A stretch of 63,691 bases of DNA, the filler included, from Folioceros fuciformis (lineage: Eukaryota): the NCBI GenBank assembly GCA_049999805.1. It is 4 parts of 2 records of this genome, joined end to end, with 100 filler letters (N's around TTAATTAATTAA, not from the genome) between each part and the next. Parts side by side here need not be neighbours in the genome. Positions count along the whole stretch, not along the records: positions 1 to 22,253 come from JBNGIO010006317.1; positions 22,354 to 39,312 come from JBNGIO010006317.1; 2 more parts are not named here. One strand, 5' to 3'. The position numbers and the translations under genes are program-made. Positions 11,100 to 23,383 of the stretch are shown in pieces. The stretch's first letter is position 1. Every line of letters starts with the position of its first letter. Below the pieces are notes generated by a model, which saw only the letters and a list, made by a program, of their open reading frames with translations, searched no databases and was not told where the DNA came from.

Positions 11100-11934
11100 A
11101 AGCCATACATCATCCATGCTCCTAGACTTTGAGTACATGTTCATCAACGGGTTGCCTACAGTCACATCACCTCAATGGTCTTGTTCAATTTGTACGTGAA
11201 GCCGGCGTCTCGCCTGGAAGGCTACAACACTTGCACCTGCCTGTAGGTAGCAAATAAATGTTAACGAATCGCAACATCACACAAGTGAATGTATTTGTCC
11301 CGCACATTGTTGAACACGATGCACTCTCCATTTTGGCCCCTTGTTTTTCGTCTTCTGAGACCAGAACTGGATCAAATGCGCGTTCAAATGCGATTTCTGT
11401 TCTGAGAAGGCAGGGAGAAAGACTGCCGGTGGAGGAAGGCCTTGTTCCTCCATCAAACTGTAAAAACGAACGGCTTCCTGAACGGTATCCTCCTGAGAGT
11501 ATCCTGATAACATGGCATTCCACGTCCTCATGACGTACTACATCGAACACTCTCTGAGCATACTTCAAGCTGCCACCCTTTGCGCACATAGTTATCAGAC
11601 TCTTGGCTACATACTCATCAGCATCAAGCATCATGGCCACCAAACTGGTCACCACATTTTTGTGGCCAAGTCCATCAGGGAGCATCCTCTTAACTCTTTG
11701 CATACATGTTTACCACGAAAAAGTCACCTTCGTGTCCTGCCTGGATCTCTGATTTGAGCGTGAAGCTGCAAGCCTTACTCCAAAGCTGGGGTGCCCTCTC
11801 TTGCACACGGTTGCAGGAGGCACACAAATATCATGCCACCAGAGAGTCATACATCCGTTTTGCTTAGCACCATATAGACGAGGGGCTTCGAGCCCCATGT
11901 CTTGCTGACAATACTCAACAATTCGAGAAGTCAC
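11100..11934 (-). pseudogene. Frameshifted PLS-PPR pseudogene
   Basis: PPR fragments lie in different frames (DADEYVAKSLITMCAKGGSLKYAQRVFD; WNAMLSGYSQEDTVQEAVRFYSLMEEQG) with no continuous ORF. Confidence 0.7.
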
Positions 11935-11960
11935 ATACGCACAACATCGTTTTGACAGAG

Positions 11961-14435
11961 TTAATCATATTCATGCTGAGCGAGTGTCCAGCTTTCCTCT
12001 TCATCCAACTTGACGTGAGCATTTCCGAAGGCCTTATTTCTTGCAATTCTTCCAATGGGCCAAGGTGGATGGATCTCACCCCCAACCAGAAAACTATGCA
12101 CCACTCCATCAATGTCTGTCCACCAGCTTTGACCTGGCTCCTTCCACGCCTTGATTCGCGTTCTCCTCAATTGAACTTCCTGTGCCTTCTCAAACATCTG
12201 AGCACCGGTATATATGTTTGACATCAACACATACGCTGTGGCATCATTTTTGTCTAGCTTCACTGCTTGGTCGAAAGCATGTTGTCCCATCTCCACGTTG
12301 CTCCACTTTCCACAAGCAGCTAAAAGAGTGTACCAGACAGCGGCATCAGGCACTACAGGCATTGTGCTCACAACAGAAAGTGCTTCGTCCAGGCGGCCAG
12401 CACGGCCCAGGAGGTCCACCATGCATGTGTAGTGCTCCACCGTGGGGACGATTCCATATTCTCTGCTCATAGCGTGAAAGACCTCCGTCCCTCTGTCCAC
12501 GAGACCTCCATGACTGCACGCTGTTAGTATGCAAAGGAACGTGATGCCGACTGGCTGTATACCATCCTGTCTCATTCTCTGGACCAGGTCAAAGACCACG
12601 CTACTATATCCCTGATATACATAGCCTGCAATCAGTGCACTCCAGACGACACTGTCTTTCTTGGGCAAAGCATCAAACACTCGCTGTGCATCAAACACGC
12701 TCCCACACTTCCCGTACATGTGTATCAAGCAGCCGGCTACACAAATATCAGCATCTAGCCCTCGTCCTTCGATCTCAGTATGTAGCTCCCTGCCCAAATG
12801 TAAAGCCGCAACATGTGCACAAGCCTGCAGGAGGCACACATACGTTATAGAATTTGGAACAGCCAAACCTTCGTGTTGCATAGTATGGTAGAGATAAAGG
12901 GCTTCCTGGCTCATGCCATTCTGGGAGTACCCGGCTATCATGGCATTCCATGTCACCACATCCTTTTGGCAGAGTCTGTCAAAAATGCCCTGCGCGATCT
13001 CTAGGCTGCCACACTTTGCATACATGTTTACCAGACTGTTGGCTACAGAGACATCAGCTTCATGGCCTCCTCCTTGTATTTGTAAATGAAGCTGTTTTCC
13101 CTTCTCGAGAGCCAAGGGTCCTACAGTTGCACATGCCTGCAGGAGGCACACAAATGTCACGGAATCTGGTGTGACCGCGCCTTCTTCCTTCATGAGCTCG
13201 TAGAGATGAAGGGCTTCCTGCCCCATCCCCTGCTGGGAACACCCTGCTATCATGGCATTCCAAGTAACCACAGTCTTCTGACGAATTTCGTTGAACACTC
13301 TCCTGGCATCGTCCAGGCTGCCACACTTTGCATACATGCTCACCAAACTGCTGGCCACGAACACATCAGCCTGATGGCCCTGGACTCTGATTTGGGCATG
13401 AATGTGCTTTCCCGCGTCCAGGGCTGGGTTCCCCAGACTTGCACATGCCTGCAGGAGACACACAAAAGTGACGGAATCGGGTCTAGCATTCCCTTCTTGC
13501 ATAGCAGAGTAGAGACGAAGGGCTTCCTGCCCCATGCTCTGCTGGGAATAACCTGCTATCAACGCATTCCACGTCACAACATCTTTTCGACCAAGTCCCT
13601 CAAAAACCCTTCGAGCCTGTTCCAAGCTGCCACACTTTGCATACATGTCCACCAAACAACTACAAACAAATAAATCAGGCTCAACGCCACTGGCCAGCAC
13701 GTGAGCATGCAGCTCCTGCCCAGTTTCCAAGTCCAGTCCTCTGGCACACGCTTTAAGGGCTGCCACAAACACATGGCCATCCGCCCTCACACCTGACTTT
13801 TGCATCCGACGATACAGCTGTATGGCTTCCTTGTATTGCCCATGTTCAACATGGGCAGATATTATGGAAGACCACATGAAGGCATCTGGTTTGCCAACCA
13901 GCGTGAAGACGTCCATCGCGTCTTGCAACTTGCCATGAGAAGCATACATCCGCAGAATGTGGTTGCACAGGAACGTACCCGACTGGTACCCGCATTTCAC
14001 AGTGAAAGCATGGACACGGCGGCCCAGAACAATATCCCTCTTGGCAACACATTTCTTCAAGACCGAGTAGACCAAGGCGATGGAAATGCAACAGTCTGTC
14101 TGCACCAAAACTCCCAACGCTTCCACAGCCTCAGCGAGATGCCCCTGCTGACATAGCTCACTCACGCTTTCAGCCGTCACGGTCGACAATTCGTATCCTA
14201 CAGGACTGGAAGAGCAGCCCGGCCAGCCCCACTTGGTTATGGGCAGAGCAGCCAGCAGGACGTTCTTAGACACTACTTCCTGAGACTGGAACCCCCCTTC
14301 CCTGCACGTCCGTGGGACAACTACGACCCTTGCTGGAAGATCCCTTCCCAGCCAGACAAGGTGCTCTTGGGGAGACTGGGCTCCTTGCAAATGCACATGT
14401 ACTGCTGCACCCAAACTGAATGAAAGGTCGCTCAT
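11961..14435 (-). CDS. PLS-class PPR protein, E1-E2 plus truncated WW-type DYW N-terminus, ~824 aa
   Basis: Intronless P-L-S array and E domain (HYTCMVDLLGRAG), ending KEPGQSWWTDIDGVVHSFLVG. First in-frame ATG at 14435; the reading frame stays open to 14522. Confidence 0.9.
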   Translation of the reverse strand: MSDLSFSLGAAVHVHLQGAQSPQEHLVWLGRDLPARVVVVPRTCREGGFQSQEVVSKNVLLAALPITKWGWPGCSSSPVGYELSTVTAESVSELCQQGHLAEAVEALGVLVQTDCCISIALVYSVLKKCVAKRDIVLGRRVHAFTVKCGYQSGTFLCNHILRMYASHGKLQDAMDVFTLVGKPDAFMWSSIISAHVEHGQYKEAIQLYRRMQKSGVRADGHVFVAALKACARGLDLETGQELHAHVLASGVEPDLFVCSCLVDMYAKCGSLEQARRVFEGLGRKDVVTWNALIAGYSQQSMGQEALRLYSAMQEGNARPDSVTFVCLLQACASLGNPALDAGKHIHAQIRVQGHQADVFVASSLVSMYAKCGSLDDARRVFNEIRQKTVVTWNAMIAGCSQQGMGQEALHLYELMKEEGAVTPDSVTFVCLLQACATVGPLALEKGKQLHLQIQGGGHEADVSVANSLVNMYAKCGSLEIAQGIFDRLCQKDVVTWNAMIAGYSQNGMSQEALYLYHTMQHEGLAVPNSITYVCLLQACAHVAALHLGRELHTEIEGRGLDADICVAGCLIHMYGKCGSVFDAQRVFDALPKKDSVVWSALIAGYVYQGYSSVVFDLVQRMRQDGIQPVGITFLCILTACSHGGLVDRGTEVFHAMSREYGIVPTVEHYTCMVDLLGRAGRLDEALSVVSTMPVVPDAAVWYTLLAACGKWSNVEMGQHAFDQAVKLDKNDATAYVLMSNIYTGAQMFEKAQEVQLRRTRIKAWKEPGQSWWTDIDGVVHSFLVGGEIHPPWPIGRIARNKAFGNAHVKLDEEESWTLAQHEYD

Positions 14436-14539
14436 TGGTTGCAGAATCGAGTAGGTTTCTCTCAAGTCAGTCGAGCAGGAGTTGTTTTTCCGTCTAGACC
14501 GCCCTTTCCTTCCTTGAGTCACAGAAGAAAGGCCGCGGC

Positions 14540-15115
14540 TTCCTCTAGTTCTTCTCTAATGTGCGCATGAAGTTGCTTCTTCTCTGAACTGAGATCTCTG
14601 CTCTAACGCATGTCTGCGGGAGTGAAAAGAACGTTACTGAATTAGGGGCACCTACGCCATGCTGTCGTCTATACGACAGTGTGGAGCTCGAACGTGCATA
14701 TTCCTGACGGAGGCACACAAATGAGGTGCTCCAGTGCCCTCTTCTTGCTTAGCCATCTGGAGATGAAGGGATTCCTTATCCATGCCCTCTGGATGTAGCC
14801 TGACATGAGTGCTGTGCATGGCACCACATCCTTATTTGCACAGTTTTCCAAATGTGACCATCCTCTGAGCTGCCACAATCTGCATACATTCTTATCAAAT
14901 TGTTGCCAACAATCACATCCCCTTGCACAATCCTGCATGGCTGCGGTAAACACATACCAATTCCTCGAGATTAGACCATGAACACTGCTACCCAGCACAA
15001 GATCTTTCTTCGCCCCACCTTCCCAGAACAGCATGCGTACCATTGCTCCGTATGCACCGCAACTGCTGTCCAGCTTTCGTTCAAATACCGTGCCCATTTT
15101 TGGCTGCACACTCAC
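14540..15115 (-). pseudogene. Degenerate PPR pseudogene fragment
   Basis: KKDLVLGSSVHGLI, KDVVPCTALMSGY and KQLHAHI remnants with frameshifts. Confidence 0.6.
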
Positions 15116-15318
15116 CCAGTATCACAGTCATCAACAGTTGGAGGCAAAACGGCGGCCTTTCATTCCAAGTTCCGTGTGGAACCAAGCGAGTTCTGTTCCA
15201 AGCCTCGTTCGTCCGTTTGGTGGGCGGAACGAACGGGAGTGGCAGTGTAGCTTCAGCTGAACCAGGTGCTCTGGATCGTGGCGTGAGGGGCGGGAGGTGC
15301 GCGTGAGGGAGGCACAGG

Positions 15319-16902
15319 ATGTCACGACGTGAGCGATGGATGGTGGTGGGGATCGCAGTGCTGCTGTTCATAGTCCTCATGCTCGTCACTCCCCGGATGA
15401 AGCAGAACCAGACTTACCACATGTTTGCGGACCGCCGCAACTTCTTCGGTGCGCAACCTGTCTCGCTCCCTGGCCTTGCGCTCCCAGCTCCACCGTACTT
15501 TTGCTCTGCAGAAGCAGTTTTGGCTGTGACAACTGGTTGGATGGGGATGGAGTCTTTTCTCCTTGAGTGCGTTGGCAGATGTTTGTCGGGCCATGGAATT
15601 TGTGTTGCAGATTTTGCGGTACCTCAATTACGGAAAGCTGTGTGCAGGTATACCGAACACACTCAACGTAGTGTCCAACCTCCCCTTTTTATTCATCGGC
15701 ATCGTTGGCATGGCGTTTTGCGTACTTGACGACTTTGGCCTCACGTAAGATAGGGAGTGGGTTCACGTAGGTCTGAGCTCTGATTTGGCATGCTGTGGCA
15801 TCATGTGCTTATGAAACGGATGTGTGGCAGGCTGCGTGGTGAGTTTTTGGGATGGATGTGCTTCTTCTTCGGAATTTTCGCCACAGCATTTGGCTCGTCT
15901 TACTACCATCTCATTCCAAGTGATGCTCGGCTTGTTTGGGACCGTCTCCCTGTGAGTAGGACCTTGCCCCGGTATTGGTGTCTGTTTTCGTTTGGTTCTA
16001 AATCCAGTTGCCATGTTAATGTGTTTCCTGGTGGCTGACAGCTGTAGACGGGTTGGCAGATAGTCATTACATTCTCCTCTTTGATGGCTGTCTTCATCAT
16101 TGAAAGGGTAGACCAGCGGCCAGGAGGCGCTCGTTTTTTCCTGCTCTTGCTATTGGCAGCAGGAGTGGTCAGTGTGATTTATTGGCGGTAGGAATCAGTG
16201 ATGTGTGAAGTCCACTGACGCATATGTTCTACAGAGCCTAGCAGGCGTGTTCAACGTTTCTCATCTGGTTTACAGGGTTGCAGATGATTTGAAACTGTAT
16301 TCGTTAGTGCAGTTCGGTATTTGTGTTGCTATTCCAGTTCTGGCGATCATGCGGACTTCCAGATACACTCATTCTATTTACTGGTTACATGCTGCAGGTA
16401 TGCTGTCCTCAAACTCTCTTTACTTGGAAGCATCTGCCCGAGCTGTGGGTGCTGTTTAGAATGTAACACAAAGTGTCTTTGTTTCTCGGTCTCTCCCAGG
16501 ATGGTATGCGCTGGCCAAGTTTTGTGAATCATTTGACAAGAACGTGTACAAGTGGACTAGGCTCACAATGAGCGGTCACACTTTTAAACACCTGTTTGCA
16601 GCCGTGGTGCCCATTTGCACTATCATCATGCTCACTCGTCGGAATCTTCTTCGAATCGAGAGGTGGGTGGTGCTGAATGGCGATGTCAATGCGACATTTC
16701 TTCCATCCAGCAATTATGAACAGGAATAGTTGTCTTCAATCTTACGGCCACCTGTATTTGCAGGCCGACCCTTTATGAGAGGTGGAGGTCAAAGGTGCGC
16801 TCCGCATATGAAAGACCAGGATACCTAGATAGCTGGAAGTTGTACTGGGAAGGAAGCAAGTACAAACCACTTGAAGCTGCAAACCACTTGACTTCAGAAT
16901 GA
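15319..16902 (+). CDS. Alkaline phytoceramidase-like / SAG18-family multi-pass membrane protein (multi-exon)
   Basis: Exon peptides YHMFADRRNFFG|IPNTLNVVSNLPF, FGSSYYHLIPSDARLVWDRLP, DDLKLYSLVQF and SGHTFKHLFAA; last exon ends ...HLTSE* at 16902. Confidence 0.85.
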
Positions 16903-17439
16903 CCCAAGGCAGCCACCTAGCTGCCGAATGGTGAGAGGTTAATGATGACATGCCAGACCTGGACCTGGCTCGTCCCAACAATTCAACAACATGCTGCACT
17001 CAGCAACTTATCTGGTGCTTAACTTGTAGATGATGCTCTATGTAGCAAAAAGATTATCTTCGCAAAAAAAAGCTGGCCGAGTCGGAGGAAGAACAGCTGG
17101 CCGAACTGGAGAAAGACGAGCTAGCCAACGCGTAACCAGATGGAGAACTTGAAGGTGGAGCTTATCCTACACAACATACAAGGTCGAGGTGAACCTGAGC
17201 ACCCCATTGTAGAAGCGGTCTCTGCAGCTGGACACGGGCAGCGACCTGATCTGGGCGCTGTGTTGGGCGCAGCCTGGGTCTCGGGCCGGACCCGCTTTCC
17301 TGCCCGACCCAGATCGGAGGCATCAAGTTCTGTAATTGTTTGCAGATCGGGCCAAGACTCATGTTCGGAGAGAAAGCGACAGCGTGCAGGTGAGGAAGAC
17401 AGGCATGGCCGGGCTCTAGGTACGCTACATCCCGATGGT

Positions 17440-17920
17440 GGAGAAAGCCAAGGTGGCCCATGACGTTCACCTACGGGGAGATCGGTAGAGAGTGGTGCCC
17501 ATCAGCCCCAATGTGTTCGATATCGACCACACGACCCGCTTGGGTGGGGCGATCTTAGACATCGGCACCACATTGACGTGCCTGGTGCCACAGGCTTTGT
17601 ATGCGGTAATCCATGCCTTCAAGAGAGCCACCGCCTCCCCCATGTCTGAGCATCACAGATGGCCGAATCTCGACCCACGCTTTCAGACTTTCACTCCCTT
17701 TTGCAGGAGTAGCAAGACTTGTCTTGTTTCACATTTGTTTTGTCAATGGGACCGTGCTTTCCCCGCCCATCTCAATCCTCTACGTCGATATGGGACGACG
17801 AGGGGTGAAGTCCCTGAGGATTGCTGATGCCAGTTCCTTAGGATGGGTGTATGAGAGCACTAATGTTGTCGACTATCGCATGCAACAAAATTTGCACCAT
17901 CGGATTGTGCAGCCTTGAAT
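17440..17920 (+). pseudogene. A1 aspartic protease (nepenthesin/TAXi_C-like) C-terminal pseudogene fragment
   Basis: VPISPNVFDID..GGAILDIGTTLT.L..Y.AV..AF resembles the second catalytic D[ST]GT region. A QQN-like remnant follows after a frameshift; no N-terminal lobe. Confidence 0.6.
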
Positions 17921-19690
17921 TATCATTTGTAGAAGACCGCTGGTGCCATTTATTGAGCAGCTGGCACGACATGAAGATTAACACCACCACCCGAAATGAT
18001 GTAAGACGCTGAGCAATCAGAAACATTCCCTTCACCTAGCTACCAACTAGCTTGAGCTAGCAATCTCAAGCTAGCCTTGTAGTCACAGAAGTATGTGCAT
18101 TTGAACAACTTGGCGCATTCTGTATGAGACACTCAATTCCAGACACTCTACCAAGACCAAGCTCTTGTAGATTTTTGTTGAGGGTGTTTTATGGTTCGGG
18201 AGTGACAAGACGAGCATGGCCCACGGCTATGCGAACCTCTGCATAACCTAGGGGACAAAGTGCTTTGAACCATCTGCAGGCAAAAAGACTTGGTGACCAG
18301 CGTCCCACAGCTGATGACGTGTTTGTTGATCGCTCAGTTAGGGAAGGAAACCTTGGTGTGAAGACATCGAGGACTCCAACACACAAGTGGACGACTGTCA
18401 CGTGTACCGCCCCTCGCCATGCCTGGATGGCGCGCTACCGAGCCTCATGTGCCGAAGCTGGGCGGTATGGGGTCGGTACCCGCTCGGATGTTCACGCAGC
18501 CGGGCGGGCGCTTTACAACATGCCGGTACGTGCATGAGAATCTTCTTCCCAACATGCCGGACCGGACCCGCACTGGCGGCCGCCTCGGACCCGGGCCTCC
18601 GGGAGTCCGGGTTCAGATGGCTCCAAAAATCCGCGCGGCCGCCCACTCTAAACCGCATTTCGGCTGCCCGTGTGGCACGATGCGGTGGAGGGCAAGTCTA
18701 GCCCGGGGGGCAATCCGCTGGCAGGAGAGAGACGGCGGCAAGGAGGATTCTTCCGACGCCTTCCGTTTGCCTTTCTTACCGCACACTCAACGACGTTGCT
18801 TGCCCCGGCATCTGTCACGACTCCCCGCTTCTTTGTGCTCCCAAGCTTTGTCCTTTGCGTTGTTCTGCAGTCCATGGATCGGCGCCCGCTCTGCAGCCTC
18901 GCTTGCGCGCAATTGCCTGTCGCTGCGTAGCCCGGGCGGAAGGGCCAGGTGAATGCGCGGCCCGGCTCCCGATTCTGCTGCTTCCTCACAGCGTGAAGTC
19001 GGCACGTCAAGCTGCGGCGCCGGGAAGCCGGAAGCTGGGAGCTGCAAATTGGCCGCTGGCTGGATCCTCCAACTCCCTTCTTCTCCGTCCCTACGCTGCC
19101 GTGCTTGCATGCTCTCCGGCTGTTGCTCTCAATTTGAGCTGAATTGGGGTCGCCTCGGCCCGTGTCTTGTCTCCACTGGTCTGGTGAGCTCGCTCGCCCT
19201 AGCGCGTCCTCTGCGGCAATTTTGTGGCAGGCATCTGTTTTCCCCTTGATTGTTTCGGGCGTAGAAGTGGGATTGGAGGACATGGATCTGTAGCCTCGGT
19301 CGTGCATCATTGCTGCCGTGTTTGAATTGCAGTTGAATGCGCGTGTATGTTGATTGGCTCCGAGGTCGGGCTTCCGTTTCGAGCTGATTCTGTTATGGGA
19401 TTGTCAATTGGTTTTGGACAAAAGCTTTGTTTTTTGCCTGCCTTGTTAGCTGGTCCTGTGTGTGCTCCGAAGAGTGTGGCAAGCACAAGAGAGGAGGAAA
19501 AGTATTTTCTTATCACCTTCCTAACTCTCTACCTTGGGAAAGAGGAGGATTGCAGACTGCGAAGGACAATCCTGGAGGTGTACTGAGTGATATCAGCGAA
19601 TGTTGTCGTGCTTTTGACACTCGGAGCCGTCGTCTCTACTTTTGCCTGATTGTGAACTACCGTCGGTGTGCAAATAGCAGGAGAGGTGGT

Positions 19691-21301
19691 ATGCTACCAG
19701 CAATGGCCTTGGATGCACCCTCTCTGTCGTTTTTCGGCAGTGCACCATATGCAGAGCATGACAGGGTCCGTGGTGCTGACACACAAATGGTAGCGAGGTC
19801 TCTCTCTTGCACAAGGGGAGCTAAGGAAAAGCTTTGGAGTCACGGTTTAAGTGCAGCTGTACCTCCATCTAGTCTAGGCTTAGTCTCCCATCTAGTCATT
19901 TGTGGCCGATCGCCTGTAAGGCTTGGAAAGCAGGGACATGTTGTGCGGACAGGTTCTTTGACAGAAGATGTACAGAAAGGTTCGGTAGTGTTGCTCGCTG
20001 GCAAAGTCGAGTCAAGAATTAATATTATTCAGGCAGAAGGAAGAGTAGCAAGTAAATGCAGCCTTATCAGCTTTGGAGATGCGCCTCCTAGGAGAAGACT
20101 GACAGTAAAAAGTGTGGATTCCTTATCCTCGAGGACTTGTGGGTTTTCAGCTGGTTCAGCTTTGCAGACTGAGAGTTGTTCTTGGGAGACAAGTCAGCCT
20201 AGTTGGAAGAGGGATACCACAGTCACTGCTGCAGCAACCGACTCTGATCAGACTTCACCTAGTCAGAATGGGTCAGAGCATAGCAGTCTGTATTGCAATT
20301 GCTGTCTCATCTTAATTGCTCTTGGTCGGGACGCTAACACGTACTTCGTTTGTGTTGTCAATGCAGTGGTGGTGAGAAAGGACTTCCCCAAAAGCCCCAC
20401 CCAGCGGTATTCTTTACCTTTTGCTCGTCGATCATTTGCATCCTGATTACGCAGCGCAGGTTTGGAGGTGTTGCTTCAGCGTTCTAAGTGACTGAGAGCT
20501 TAAGTTTTATATCCTGCTTTGTTGTTGTCAGGTCCAGCCGTCTCAGGTTGTCCAAGCGCAGTTAAAAGCTTTGCATGACATGGACTTGGCGTTAGTGTAC
20601 GTGATGCATTACTTCTTCTAAGTTGAGGTAGCTTTGTGGGCTGTCCATTGGGTGAGTACGATCCATTAAACTAGTGGGTGGCTTCCAGGTACGAATTTGC
20701 TTCACCGGGGAATAAAGCCCACACAGGACCCTTGTCTCAGTTCTCAGAAATGCTTGAAGGCCGACCTTACAGAGTAAGTCATGAAGGCAATCCAACTTGG
20801 TTTGGTCTGCTAGGAATTAGTTGTGAAGACTTACAGGACAGGATAGGAATGCACAAACAAAAGTTCAACCGCCCTGGGCTTTTATGTTTGCTATGGGGGA
20901 CGTGGAACGCAGGTGATGCTTGGACACACTAGTGCGGACATTCTGAGCACCATAACTATCGGCCCAAACAGGTTTCAGCAGGTACAAGGATTGCACCCTG
21001 AACATTAATCTAGAGGTCGTTCAGGTTGTGCAAACCTTGTTGAACCTTACGGATGCGTTGCATGGTTTCTGTGTCATCAGCGGATTTCCATCGTTGGAGC
21101 CGGAGGTGCCAAAGGAATATTTATATGGTCATTGTCAAAGCAGGTAGGTATCCTGAACTGCCTTGAAAGATTGTTGCAAAGCTGATGGAAGACCCTGCTG
21201 GACCGTCGGAGACTCACTTTGTAGTACGGGGCCCTTCGCAGGAGGAGGGTCCTTACGAAGGCTGCTGGATGACTGACACCGTTCGTAGAGATGAGTTCTG
21301 A
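19691..21301 (+). CDS. Probable plastid-targeted DUF4864-like protein, 7 exons
   Basis: A long Ser/Arg-rich first exon is followed by spliced PQKPHPA|VQPSQVVQAQLKAL..|YEFASPGNKAHTGPLSQFSEML..|VMLGHTSADIL..|RISIVG..WSLSKQ|EEGPYEGCWMTDTVRRDEF*. Confidence 0.75.
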
Positions 21302-21726
21302 CTTCCCAACTGGAACCGGGACTCACGGTGTCCACGCTCTTCGGTTAGTCTGTGATATATAAAATCTTTCTGCGCAACGGTCTGGCAAACACCAGTTGAA
21401 TGCGATTTCTGTTCCACTAAGTTCAGTCGGCTGTAGTCAGCGATCTTGTGGGGCCTTGTGTACATGCGTAGCTACAAACCATGGCATTGTAGCTTTGCTA
21501 TTTTTCTGCAGTTAATTATTTCCTTCGATTGTGAAGTACAACATTGTCATTCATGTGCAGTAAAGATCAACAAAATTCCTAGGACAGGATGTGATACCGA
21601 GCGGGTAGGAATAAAAGATGTAATACTGAGCGGTTACCACCATCTACATACATTAGTGGTTTCAGCTGCATCATACTCTTAGACAGATTGCTTACCGTGA
21701 CATGAAAGCTATACATAAATACACCG

Positions 21727-22253
21727 TTACGCTGTCGCCTGCATTTCGTGAGCCCGGGATACTGCCAGTCTGCGCGCGTAGTCATGCACAAGCTGTCTTG
21801 TGTGCAAAACTTTTCCCTGGGGAGAAGAGAAGAGCTTCTGGGTTGCCCCATTTACGTAATAGTGCTTCATGCATACCATCCAACCGGATTTGCAATACTC
21901 TACATCCGATTCGCTCTGAAGTTGGTCAAGTGCTTTCAAGCAGTGCCGGTAGCCCATGCCATAAACTCTACCCTTCCCACGCTTGTTTGCCTCACGGATC
22001 ATGTTCCTCGACCAAGCGACCGCATTATGCATTCGACCCCAGACGTCGACAAGATCCAGAAAAGCCCTAATTCCCAGCAGTTGCAGCCCTTCCCAGAACA
22101 TGGCGGGGTTGTTCACGCTCGAGCTCAGACTGTCCGCGTCCGCAGAGAACCCTATTACCACGTCCCGCGGTTGAAGAGGCTTGAGCTGCTTCCATGCAGT
22201 CACCCAGGCCCTCGACTCCATAGCCGGATGCGGAAATAGTTCGTCGTGATGCG
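21727..22253 (-). CDS. 5'-truncated ORF of unknown function with weak MBD-like C-terminus
   Basis: The frame is open into the gap and ends GWMVCMKHYYVNGATQKLFSSPQGKVLHTRQLVHDY. Confidence 0.4.
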
Positions 22254-22353
22254 NNNNNNNNNNNNNNNNNNNNNNNNNNNNNNNNNNNNNNNNNNNNTTA
22301 ATTAATTAANNNNNNNNNNNNNNNNNNNNNNNNNNNNNNNNNNNNNNNNNNNN
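22254..22353. other. Artificial scaffold linker (N-TTAATTAATTAA-N)
   Basis: An identical six-frame-stop 12-mer sits in the middle of 100-base N blocks at 22298, 39357 and 62051. Confidence 0.95.
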
Positions 22354-23260
22354 CCGTTGGTATATGTAAAGTTTTTCTTTTGTGCCCTGTTGCTTGAAGG
22401 AATTGAAACTCCTGGCCCTTGTAGACTAAAGCACTCTTTGTGCTCTAGACCCAAGAGGGCTCGAAGCTAAACTAATCTGAATCTTAGATAGGTTTTCAAC
22501 AGCCCATTATCAAAGAGAGTGATAGACTAGTGAGCTTGTAGCAAAACACTCTCATTAGGATTGTGTTGTGGTTAGGTATGAGCTCAAATGTTGAGATATG
22601 TAGGGGGAAGACCCATTGGAGTAAAGAGACAAGATTGTTTCAAGCTTGCAATGATGGATTTGAATGGAGTAAATCTGGTGATTCTTCCTTTCGGCAATGT
22701 TCGAAGGTGGTGTGTAGTAGTGGGTGGGTTAGAAATTTCCCAGAGATCTAAGGTTGCTTAGGAAGTACCAAACAATTTGCAGCAGACCATATGCTTATAA
22801 CCTACTTCCATAGCCAATCCAGTTCAATCCGATGAAGGAAAAGAGGGTGGGGAAGGAAGCTGGTGGTGTGGAGGAAGAGGAGGAGGAGGAGCAGGGTATA
22901 GAGTTCTTCTACACGGATCCCCATCATCCATACGGAGCCTACGGATATCTGTGGTCAAAAAGGAGGTCCTCCTGGATTCCCCATGAACAACATGCCTACT
23001 GATCCTCACCTTGGACAGTGTGATAAAGGAAAATGCCGTACCCTAATGGGACGTCCCGTACATTGAGTGGCAGGCTTTCCCAATTCCAAGACCTCCAATC
23101 CGGTGGCTGTTGGCAGACCGGTAAAGCAGACCACAGTCTGTCTGGAGAGAAAGGCGCTCTGTAGGCATCCCGAAAGTGGATTTTTCGGGGCTTGCACTGT
23201 TGGACAGAACCCTGTGCGGGTTACGTAGTTGGTTTAGAGACTCTCTTAATGTCAAATTGA
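22354..23260 (-). mobile_element. Highly degenerate retroelement remnant(s)
   Basis: KVRISRHVVHGE resembles the copia post-integrase V.ISRDV.F.E segment; many stops. Confidence 0.3.
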
Positions 23261-23383
23261 GTTCAACAAATTGACATGCACCCGTGGTGCGAAGTCACAC
23301 GGCCAGGTCGGCCGCGGCCGGGGTGAAAGGGGAGAGTGGAAGTAGAAATGGACGTGGAGGAAGGGTAAGAAATATCGTGGTGG

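Noticed and set aside
10905-11132. Possible frameshifted DYW continuation after the PDF-PPR stop
   Set aside because: No HxE(x)nCxxC or DYW-like residues are recognisable in the downstream frames.
18189-19600. Many overlapping 70-220 aa ORFs
   Set aside because: GC-rich promoter and leader region of the DUF4864-like gene; no protein-like signal.
20407-20531. GTATTCTTT donor as a second U12 intron
   Set aside because: Mismatch in the core ATCC and no convincing U12 branch point.
22298-22309. TTAATTAATTAA palindrome recurring three times
   Set aside because: Always centred in 100-base N blocks; an assembly linker with stops in all frames, not biology.
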